This document shows, in pieces, positions 25,221-35,802 of a stretch of 64,000 nt of DNA (within the stretch, counting starts at the first letter, position 1; every line of letters begins with the position of its first letter). The DNA is from Lama glama (lineage: Eukaryota), in contig CM052816.1 in NCBI GenBank assembly GCA_028534125.1, positions 27,096,001-27,160,000 on the forward strand, in the 5' to 3' direction. The position numbers and the translations under genes are program-made. The notes beneath the pieces are model-generated. The model made no database searches, was not told the DNA's origin, and saw only the letters and a program-made list of their open reading frames with translations.

Positions 25221-25291
25221 TTAAAACCACTCAATAAACTGGAGGCTAAAATCTTGGGTTGGTGATCAAGCTCAAAGGGTTAAATTAAAGT

Positions 25292-25420
25292 CCTTTTTCT
25301 TTTTCTTTTTCTTTTTCTTTTTTTTTTGTTTTTGAGAGTTATGTTTCATTCGGAGGATTTCCTGAGGACTCGAGCTGGGGACACAGCATCTCAGATCACT
25401 CTAAGAGGCTGTTCCAAAAA
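25292..25420 (-). mobile_element. ERV LTR 3' fragment ending in a poly(A) tail
   Basis: (CTTTTT)n/T tract then gagagttatgtttcattcggaggatttcctgaggactcgagctggggacacagcatctcagatcactct, resembling an artiodactyl ERV1 LTR R region. Confidence 0.65.
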
Positions 25421-27189
25421 AGTTAAATTTCTTAATTCATCTAGGAATATGTACAGTTCACTAGAAGTCTCCTGGTAGCCCAAAGTTGAAAATAGAAGCA
25501 GGGCTTTGTCTGGGCGCTTTTTGTCACCTGTTATCAATTTTAAGAGTGTCAGTGTTGCCTGCTTAACTTCCTGCTACTTTGGGTATACAGCTGTAGGGGC
25601 AGACGTGAGCCAGGTTGAGTGCTTCCAAAGAAAGGCTGGGAATTCTGAGCGTAAGTGCTCAAGAGAAGGCTTGTCCTTTGTGGTCCAGGGGGCAACAGAA
25701 GTTGTGATAGTTTACTGGTGTGGAGCTCTGGAGGGATATTTTGTATCTTCTACCAATGCTGGCCTTGTGGACCATCTTTGTATAATTCAAGCCAATATAA
25801 TTCCCGTACACTTTATTTTCTCATTTCATTATCAGAAACTTTTTATAGCCCCAAATATGTATTACTCGACTTGTAAAAGAGAAATGTTGAAAAGAAAAGT
25901 AGAAAAGAAAATTATGTCTGATCTCATGTTACTGCCTGCCTGTTATCTGAGACCCATGAGCCACTGAAACTCTACTTTAAGTGTCTTGCTGAGTTACTCT
26001 GCAACGTAAATGTAATTTTGTGTATTTTTGGCACAGTAATTGTTTTAGTAAGTATTTTTTGGCACCTTGGTTTTGGCACTTCAAAATACAACTCATAGGC
26101 CTTAACAATTTTTCAAAGTTGTTTTCCCATGTACTAGTTCTATGTGGCTGCCCGAGAAATCCAGATGCAATGAGTTTCTTTAAAGCTTTGCAAAAGACTG
26201 ATTCTGTGTACACGTGCTTTAGAAAATACCTAGCACCAATATAGTATACACTTGTTTTCTTGAGGACAGAGCAAAACTGCATTTCTTTAAGCATAAGGTC
26301 CACATCTCTTAAGTCTCCAAAGGTCTATACAAAAAGAAACCTTTGAAAATAATTTGCCATTTTAATAACTAATAATAATTATAAAGACAATTAAGAAAGA
26401 AACTGGCCAGTGTATAATCTTATCTGCAAGGGTGGCTAGATTTACTATATTAACATGTGCTGAGACTTTAAAAAAAAGTGATCTTCTGCAATCTGATGAG
26501 TTGTGATTTTTATCATGGCGCCACTGTAGGGCCAAATAAACCGTGGCTCTTGAAAATGTGGGTCTTGGGAACCAACATGGACTATACCTTATCTAGACTA
26601 TGAGACTGATGGACATTATCACTTACTTGTTTATTTTTTAGAGCGAACTGAAGTCAATTTGCCACAAGAATGGGAAGACGCCAGTACCTAGCCATATTTA
26701 TTTCTATACAGTAAAGATTGCTTCCTGAGACCCTGGGATCACTGTGTTCAGCGGTGCGATCCTTGCTATTCTGATATACCACAGCCCCATTCCTTTCACT
26801 TTTAATTTTGCATTTTGTAAAAGAATGCTATTTTGCACTAATCCTGGACATTAAAGTTTAAATTTATAAGAGCTTTCTCTGGCTAAATCCTAAATCTTGC
26901 TTAAAACTCAGTTAAGGCATGCTTCCCCTAGAAAATCATCTTTGACTGTCTTTGGGACAAGCATTGTTGGATTGTCATAAATAAATAGCAATAAATTCAT
27001 GGACAATACATTCAACAAGCACTACAGTAGGAAAGGATGATGCAAAGTTGAGTAAGATATAGTTCACAGCCAACACTATTATATCCTTTTGCTATTTCCT
27101 CTAGATTATCTACTTCTACAAAACATTCAACATTATTTCTTAATAACTGTGTCATATAATTTCTTGTAAATTTCATAATTTTAAGGTTA

Positions 27190-27290
27190 CTTTTATTTTT
27201 TTAATTTTATTTTTTAATGGAGATACTGGGAATTGAACCTAGGATCTCATGCATGCTAAGCATGCACTGTATCACTGAGCTGTTACCCTA
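27190..27290 (-). mobile_element. Vic-1-type SINE
   Basis: T-rich tail, gggaattgaacctagg (B box rc), cactgagctgttaccc (A box rc). Confidence 0.85.
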
Positions 27291-27309
27291 ATTTTAAAAG
27301 AAATTGGAG

Positions 27310-27550
27310 TGAGCAAGAATGCAGCCTTTGAGGTCAGACTGCCTAGGCATGACAATTGACTCTTCTTGTTAAAAGCTGTGTGAACTTGGTCAACTTACTT
27401 AACATCTCTTAGCCTTGGTTTATTTATAAAATAGGAGCAACAGTACTTCCTTCATAATTTTGTTGTGAATATTTGATGTGATAATATATGTAATTTCGCT
27501 TGCCACCAATTAAATGCTCAAATACCTTTGGTTATCACTATTACCATAAT
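27310..27550 (+). mobile_element. MIR
   Basis: ctttgaggtcagactgcctagg...agctgtgtgaacttggtcaacttacttaacatctct...tgttgtgaatatt. Confidence 0.8.
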
Positions 27551-28369
27551 TTTTACTCTTGGCTGTGCAGGCCACTGGGTCCCTCTCTCTTCTCACTGCT
27601 CTTTGTGTTTTCTGAAGAAGTTCAATTTAAAGGGACCACCGCCTCATTCAGAAAAGAACTAATTTTTAGGCACAATGTGTTAGCATTCACATTTCTTTAA
27701 ATGACACAAAATAAGTGGGCTGCAGTGGGTGTCACTTATGCCTTAGTTTGAAGGATCTGAGGGCAGCATATTTTTCTTCCTTTGCATTATGAGCCTAATA
27801 GCTGAAAATGGCCTGGGTCCTAGAGAGTGAAGGCTGTGTAGTAACCATGGTGTACCTTTCATAGCAGGGCATGGGGTAAGGTGAGGGGCAGTATGGTGAG
27901 AGCGGACTCATACCCACAGCACCTGGTAGTACTGGTGCAGAAGAAAGAAGGCAAAGGAAACATCTCAGTGGTGGTCTGGGTTAAGGGGAGTGGTCACCGG
28001 GACCCATCATTTGGTACCTAGAGCTGAAGAGAATGTTCCAAGGCATATTCCAGTGACCTCAGCCATTTCTAGGAATGGGCTAAGGAACCAGAGCTTGGAG
28101 ACTGCCCTAGCTTCTTCTCTGAGAAGCAGACATGTAACCAAGGGAGGAAAACTTCATCCATCCAGGAACCCCGAAGAATTCAGTTTCCTTTGTTCCCAGG
28201 TAGTAATTTCAGGAGCAAAACTTCTGCCAACAGTTGCTTTCTGAGGCCAGAAATTCCATTCAAAAGAGTTGGAACTAAAACAAATGTAAATGCCTAGAAG
28301 TGGTAATGTTTATACTGACACTCATTCAGACCTTAAGAAAAGTATTATTTACTCATTCTTCACAGAGCA

Positions 28370-28932
28370 GCAAAAATAATATTTAAAAAATATAACTCTT
28401 ACTGCATCACTTCCCCATATAAAGCCCTCCAATGGCTTCTTACTGCATTTAGAGTAAAATTCAATAACCAAACACTTGACCTGGGACTACACGAACCTGA
28501 GGGAAGTGTCCTGGCCTCTCTATCCAGTCTCATCTTACACCAATTCCCGCCACAATGTGTTTCTGTTTCCTCAAAGCACCAGCTACTTCTTGCCCCAGAG
28601 CTTTGACACTTGATGCTTCCCAAGGTCCTTGAATGGCTGTGTCCTCCTTCAGATTTCAGTTTAAACATCATGTAGAGAGCCTTGTGTTTCCCAACTAAAG
28701 TAGTTCACCTGTCCTCACTCTTCATTCTGTCATTTCCACCCTAAAACTTGTCATGATCTATGACCACTTTTATTTATTTACATATTTTCCACCTCCCTAC
28801 ACCCCATCATACACATTAGAATTAACTTCTGGGAGAGCAAGGATTTTATTATCTTAGTCGGTCTTGTCTCCTGTATCTAGAACATGCATTGCGCATAGTA
28901 AGTGTTCAATAAATACTTGTTGAATAGATGAG
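28370..28932 (+). mobile_element. L2 3' end
   Basis: aaagccctccaatggcttc ... catagtaagtgttcaataaatacttgttgaatagatga. Confidence 0.85.
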
Positions 28933-29197
28933 CAAACATGTTATTATGAGGTTTCAGAAAATAAGTCTCTTAAAACAAGATATAGAGGCATAGAAACAGC
29001 AAAGGAGTAGAAGGTCATAAAATTAAAATGCTAAAGGTGAACTTTATTATATGTTTTTCTTAATTACTGACCCTGTATACTTTTACCAGATCATGAAAGA
29101 ATAGAAGCTTTATGTATAGGTATCTTTGTAGTTGTCACTTTGAAGAAAAACTCAGTTTCATGCTCTCTTTTTCTAAATATAGCATGTTTGGATATAG

Positions 29198-29436
29198 CAA
29201 TAATAGCTGCACTTACTACATGCCCAATACCCCAACGTGAACGTAAGAGCTATTTGTGCATTAAACTCTATGTCTTCACAATAGGCCTGTAAGGTAGGAA
29301 GTAATACTTTCCCCATTTTACCAGTAAGAAAATTGAGGTATAAAAAATTTTCAACCATCACCCAAGGTCATATAGATTAGAAACAGCAGAGCTGAGATTT
29401 GAACCCAGGGAATCTGGCTCCAGAATCCAAGCTCTT
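29198..29436 (-). mobile_element. MIR
   Basis: ccccattttaccagtaagaaaattgagg...cccaaggtcata...gagatttgaacccagggaatctggctccaga. Confidence 0.85.
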
Positions 29437-30869
29437 TGCTTCTGTGATGTAGCAATATTTGGAACTTTAATTCTTTAATAGACTTGTATTTAAAGAACTC
29501 CTAGAAACATTTATTTACTACCCTTCAGGTACATGGCATCTTCTTTCTAATTCATTTCTGTAGGTCTAATCAGCTATTTGAGTAACCAAACCATTTGTTT
29601 ATGTAATGACATTAAGCCTTATCCCAATCAAGAACACAGCATTGCAGAGCTAGCTTCAGGAATTTTGCCAGAGCCCTGATTTTGCAGAAAAGTGTAAAAA
29701 TGCCCATTTCCCCATGGGTTACAAAATAATAAGGTTTTCCCCCCTTTGTTATCCTTTCAGTTAGTTATTTCAGTATATCACAGCATTAAAACACTTTCAT
29801 AGAAAAGGTCACTCTTTCTCTGATCAAAACATTTCTTTGCTGTTCTCTTCCCAGAGGTGCATGTGGGAACAACAATCAATAAGAGAAACTCGTGGAATGT
29901 TTTGACTTACCTTTGAGAAATAGCCATTAGGTCAACATATTTTGTGGTGGTTTGCAAACAGTAATTTCTCTCAAAATGGCATTTCCTAATCACTGGATGA
30001 CAATAACTATAGTTGCAATAATGGGGCTCCATCAGAATCTTTAGGATGTTTTTCAGAAATTTGACCTTAACATTTTCTTTCCATTTTGACATTTTTTTGA
30101 TAATGTAATGAAAATAACTTGATGTTTCAGACTAAAGGGATGAAACATTTTCCATTATGATATCAGCTGCAAGATAATTAAGAATTATTAACCCATATTC
30201 CTTTAATTTTTTTTTTTTTTACTTTTTAACGTTTATATATTTTAACTACCTATATGGGGAAGGGAGATGTATTTGTTATTATAATTCCTCATGACTTTGA
30301 AAAGTGCCTTTCTCCAGGTTTAAAACCTTGACCACCTATAACCTCTATAAGCTTTCTATCTCATTGAGAAATAAAGATAGGTTCTAGTGCCCTATTTTGA
30401 AATAGAAGAAAATAGCAAAGACAGAGAGCTATGGTGAGAATATAACAGCACTTAAACTGTAGGATTGCCATTGTGAAAATCTCCTTAGTATGTGAGTCTG
30501 CATGCAAAGCTCTGTGAAATCCCTTAGGAGGAAGAAGAACAGATATGAAATTCCAAATGGGAATATGTACAATAGCATTTGATATTTTAAGTATGGCAAT
30601 TTGAGAGAGTTCCTGGAGGCTTTATCAAGTAAATGTGACCCTTAGAAGTTCATTCATTAGCTATGATAGATGTGAAAAAGGCCTATAAAGAACAAGGGAA
30701 AATTTAAAGTAAGACTTGCAGATAAACTCTGCAAATAGTGCTGTGTGTTGTATCGTAATCATGTCTACTCAGCTCTCTCTCCATTGTCAGAATGAGGTCT
30801 ATGTTTATGTAGTTTGGTTAGTTGTCCACTGAGATTTTGTTTTAGGTAAGATTTTCAAAACTGGATGTA

Positions 30870-31490
30870 TTAAATCATGTGAATATTTCATATACACAAA
30901 AGAATATATGTAAATCATGAGACATGGTAATAATTACTAGCACACCTACTACTCAAGTAAAGACCACAAAAATTACCAACACTGTTGTTACTACTCCTCC
31001 CTACACCTACACCATCCTGGAGGTAAATACTTAGATTTTGTTTTTGCATGATTTTGAGCTTTATAAAAAAATAGTATCATTACATGTATACACATACACA
31101 CACACACACACATATATATACACACACACATTGTATAGTTTTCTGACTTGTTTTTTCCATACCCCATTATGTTAATATTGCTATTGTGTGAAGATCAGAT
31201 TTATTCAGTTTTATTGCTTTGTAATAATCCTTTATGTGAAAATACTACAATTTATTTATTTATTCTCCTGTCAGACACTTGGAGAGTTTCCAGGTTTTGT
31301 AGTTAGTGCTGCAAAGGTGATTCTTGTACAGTTCTTTGGGTGCATCAGCAACAAGATCCCCACAGTATATACCTGGGAGTGTAACTGGGTATCTACCTGA
31401 GTCATGCAGAATATGAATGATATGACAGTAACGCCAAGTTACTTTACAAGAGGTTGTACCAACATTCCCTCTCCAGCCAGCAACCCACTT
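30870..31490 (-). mobile_element. Old L1ME-like 3' fragment with (CA)n
   Basis: cagacacttggagagtttccagg...atatacctgggagtgtaactggg...ggttgtaccaacattccctctccagccagca. Confidence 0.7.
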
Positions 31491-32387
31491 TACCATGTGG
31501 GATATGGGAGTGCTGAGATACCTGGCTCTGTACTTAACTTTGGAGCAACTTCACTTTTATACTTAGCTCAACTCCTATGGCTAAAAGAAAAAAATGAAAC
31601 TTATCCATGATGATGCTTCCTGTAAGAAGTGAGCTGAAGGAGGAACCTTTTAGAGAAAGGGTACACCACTGGCCTGTGAACAATCCAGCATACTACAAAG
31701 AAGGTAAGGCCCCTAGAGATTTAGATGCTTGAGCACACCTCAAGATCCCTTACTCAGCAGCTTAAGGTGGAGAAATGAGCTTAAGTCTTTGAGAAACAAA
31801 TGGGTGCCCAGAAGAGTGTTGATGGGCACTGATCTCCTCACTCTTCTCTCTCAGGTAAGACTAGGTTCTTAAAAGTGGAACAAAAGTCACCCATCAGAAT
31901 CATAATTGCCCTACCTCATATGTACTCTGCTTCAATGAATAGATCCAGAGCCAAATATTAAACGTGTCCAGGTAATTAATTTGTTTTTATAAAATCTTCT
32001 TTCCCTAAGCATATTTGTAGAACTGCATCTTCTCAAGTCAAGAAGCTTATGTTCAGTCCAGTCAAAACTTATTAGGGCAGAGTTGATACCTTGATTGAAA
32101 CTGAATTCATTTATGCCCATGTGAACCACGGCAAATAGCGACTCATAATAAATTTTCCTGTCCTTAACTGAATGAAAATAGGTTTTTATAATTGAATTTC
32201 TTTGATGTTTTTCACATTTGCATTCTAGGGAAAATGGAAAGATTTACTATAGGCATGATATGAATTGCCCATCTGTAAAAAATATTTTAATAACAGAGGT
32301 TGCTTCAATGACTGGAAAGGACAGAGAGATAAGAATGGATCTATCAGTCTTCTTTTATGATGAAGTCAATTAAGATAACACACAATA

Positions 32388-32542
32388 GTGGGAGGATATA
32401 GCTTAATGGTGGAGTGCATGTTTAGCATGCATGAGGTCCTGGGTTCAATTCCCAATACCACCTTTAATCAATCAATCAATCAATCAATCAATCCAATTAG
32501 CTCCTCCTCCAAAAAAACAAAAAAGAAAATAAAAAAAGAAAA
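32388..32542 (+). mobile_element. Vic-1-type SINE with (AATC)n and A-rich tail
   Basis: ggaggatatagcttaatggtggagtgcatg...gggttcaattcccaatacc. Confidence 0.9.
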
Positions 32543-32580
32543 GATTCAACATTGTTTTTTTATTAAGATGGTACTGGTGG

Positions 32581-33719
32581 AAGCAAAAGAAATAAAAGCA
32601 AAAATAAACAAATGGGACCTACTTAAACTTTTAAGTTTTTGCATAGCAAAGGGAAACCATAAACAAAACAAAACAAAAAAATATGGACTGGGAGAAAATA
32701 TTTGCAAACAATGTGATAGACAAGGGCTTAATTTCCAAAATATACAAACAGTTCATACAGCTCAATATAAAAAAAAAACTAATCAAAAAATGGGCAGAAG
32801 ACCTAAATATACATTTCTCCAAAGAAGACATACAAATGACCAACAGGCATGTAAAAAGATGCTCAACATCGCTAATTATTAGAGAAATGCAAATCAAAAC
32901 TATAATGAGGTATCACCTCACACCAATCAGAATGGCCATCATTAAAAAGTCTACAAATAATAAATGCTGGAGAGGGTGTAGAGAAAAAGGGACCTCTCCT
33001 ACACTATTGATAGGAATGTAAATTGGCGACACTACTATGGCGAACAGTATGGAGGTTCCTTGAAAAACTAAAAATAGAATTACTATATGATCCAGCAATC
33101 CCACTCTTGAGTATCTATCCAGAAAAGAAAAATCTAATTCAAAAAGACACCAGCACCCCAATGTTCACAGCAGCACTATTTACGATAGCTAAGACATAGA
33201 AGCAACCTAAGTGTTCATCGACAGATGAAAAGAATTAAGATGTGGTGTATACATATACAATGGAATATTACTCAGTCACAGAAAAGAATGAAATAATGCC
33301 ATTTGCAGCAACATGGATGTACCTAGATATTATCATACTAACTGAAGTCAGTCAGACAGAGAAAGACAGACATCATATGGTATCATTTATATGTTCAATC
33401 TAAAAAAAAATGATACAAATGAACTTATTTACAAACCAGAAGACTCACAGACATAGAAAACAAACTTATGATTACCAAAGGGGAAAGGCAGGGAGGGATT
33501 AATTAGAGTTTGGGATTAATAGATGCATACTACTATATATAAAATAGATAAGCAACAATGACCTACTGTATAGCATGGGGAACTATATTCAATATATTGT
33601 AATAACCTATAACAGGAAAGAATCTGAAAAAGAATATATATTTAATGTATAACTGAATCACTTTGCTCTACATCTGAAACTAACATAGCATTGTAAATCA
33701 ATTGTACTTCAATTAAAAA
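32581..33719 (+). mobile_element. 5'-truncated lineage-specific L1 with TSD
   Basis: ORF2 remnant WEKIFAN...[26 protein letters not shown] aagatggtactggtgg (32565-32580) / aagatggtgttggtgg (33720-33735). Confidence 0.95.
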
Positions 33720-34169
33720 AAGATGGTGTTGGTGGAAATTTAAAGAAATCTGAATAACTCTACAAGTGGAGTAAGTGTTTGGCCAAAGAGTCTGAGTCAT
33801 CAGATTTAAGGGATTTCCCAAGATGGTTAAAAATCCAGAAATTCCCCATCCCTTTGAAAACTTATCAGGAGATTTCATAAGAACTTGAGGACTGAAGTTT
33901 TCAGTTGTAATGCTAATCTTCATGACTGTTTAGTTGGTGTATTTGCCATCTCTCTTGTCATTTCTCATAATGCTTGTACATCAAAGACACTTAATAGAGA
34001 TTTATTTAAATAATAAATCAATGTAGTCAACTGACCCACCCTTATTCTGCCACTACTATGATCTATGATAGAAAGTTAAAGTGAAAGACAGTGAGAAAAT
34101 GTCTGCCAATATTTCACATACAGTCCATTCTGGGGTTTCACAAATCATGCTTACATGAATCCAATAGTA

Positions 34170-34380
34170 GTGAAAACAATGAAAGCAACAGTTGGCATTT
34201 ATTTAGTGCCTGTGAATGTTCTAGGTACTGGGTTAGACACTTCATATATAATCTTTGTAACAGGCTTACAATATATACCTCATTATTTCCACTTTATAGA
34301 TGAGTAAACTGAGACTCAAGAGGAAAATGATAGAGACAGCTGTGAAATCCAGATCCAGTTCACTATACTGCACTGCCTCC
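34170..34380 (-). mobile_element. MIR
   Basis: ccactttatagatgagtaaactgagactcaaga core. Confidence 0.75.
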
Positions 34381-34461
34381 CATGAAAAACATTAAAAAAT
34401 CCTTTCCAATGTTGTTTGTAATTGAATTTTAAAGGTAATTTTTGAAAAGTTAAAGATATGC

Positions 34462-34720
34462 CTACTTACAATAGCCAAGACATCGAAACGACCCGAATGT
34501 CCAGCAGCAGATGACTGGATAAAGATGTGGTATGTATATACAATGGAACACTACTCAGCCATAAAAAAGAATAAAATAATGCCATCTGCAGCAATATAGA
34601 TGGACCTGAAGATCATCATTCTTGGTGAAGTGGACCAAAAAGAGAAAGAAAAATGCCATATGACATCATTTATATGAGGAATCTAAAATAATAATAATAA
34701 TGACACAAATGAATTACTTA
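34462..34720 (+). mobile_element. Internal L1 fragment truncated at both ends
   Basis: acaatagccaagacatcgaaacgacccgaatgtcc...gacacaaatgaa; no 3' terminus or poly(A). Confidence 0.9.
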
Positions 34721-35550
34721 TTATTTATAACTTAGATGATTGATTTCTTGAATATGTGTAAGCACATCTGTCTTATGATTGGATTACTGCATTCTGTTGA
34801 TTCTTACTTTGTAGTTGGCTTTATTCCTTTGATAACTACGCAAATTTAAAAAGCTAAAGCTCTAATTTGTTCTTAGAAACAACGATCAGTACATATATGT
34901 AAACTAAAAAAAGTGCATACACTGTAAATATGTATTCATATGCAATATAATGTATTTGTGCAGTAGAACTGTAATAATTCTACCTAATAAAACCGAAAAA
35001 AAAATTAGATACACCTTTGATTCAAAGCAAAGACTATTCCATACACTTTAAAGATTACATGGAGCTTCTGAAAGTTAAAGGGATCATTCTAACATAAACA
35101 GACATCAGAAATAAACTTTTAAGTTGCATTTATTGCCAGAAATACATAGAAAAGCTCAGACTACTTAAGGGACTTAGGGGCCTTAGACAACTCACACTAT
35201 GGCCATGTGCTGGTAAAAATCACATTGTCTGTGTAAGCCATCCTGAGGTATGTTTATTCTGTCCATGTCTGTGCTGGAGTAGAGTTATGCTGTCTGGCTG
35301 ACCACTCATAGCCCTCTGTTTGGAGCAGCAGATTTTGTCCACTGCTGGGACTCGGTAACACAGGGAGAAGGCTTTCTTCAGTTTAAGGACTCAATGCCCA
35401 TCTATCTACTTCAGGAAGTTTTCCTTCATTGAAAATGACACAATAAAAGGTCACTTCCCACAGTTCTCCTTTTACTACCCACCTTTAACATTCATGTATC
35501 CTCTTCTCTTCTTAAAACATAGTTAATCCCTTATTGGTTTAACTAACTTG

Positions 35551-35802
35551 TTTTTTAATTGAAGTGTAGTTAATTTACAACATTGGTTTCAGGTGTATAG
35601 CAAAGCAATTCAGTTATACATATATTTTCAGATTCTTTTCCATTATAGCTTACTACAAGATACGGAATATAGTTCCCTGTGCTATACAGTAGGTCCTTGT
35701 TTATTTTATATACAGTAATGTGTATCTGTTAATCTCAAATTCCTGATTTGCCCCTCCCCACTGCTTTCCCCTGTGGTGACCATGGTTTGTTTTCTATGTC
35801 CG
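35551..35802 (-). mobile_element. L1 3'UTR fragment with TSD
   Basis: TSD taactaactt at 35540-35549 and 35803-35812, followed by TTT/AA on the right. Confidence 0.9.

Noticed and set aside
25506..25967. 153-aa ORF in unique DNA
   Set aside because: TTG start, no recognisable domain, no convincing splice sites; within chance expectation for 64 kb in six frames.
26642..26710. Exon-like stretch after ttttttag (RTEVNLPQEWEDAST)
   Set aside because: No good downstream donor, frame stops quickly, peptide unrecognised.
32388..33021. 164-aa and 112-aa ORFs
   Set aside because: Read-through of a SINE into a frameshifted, 5'-truncated L1 ORF2; not a functional gene.
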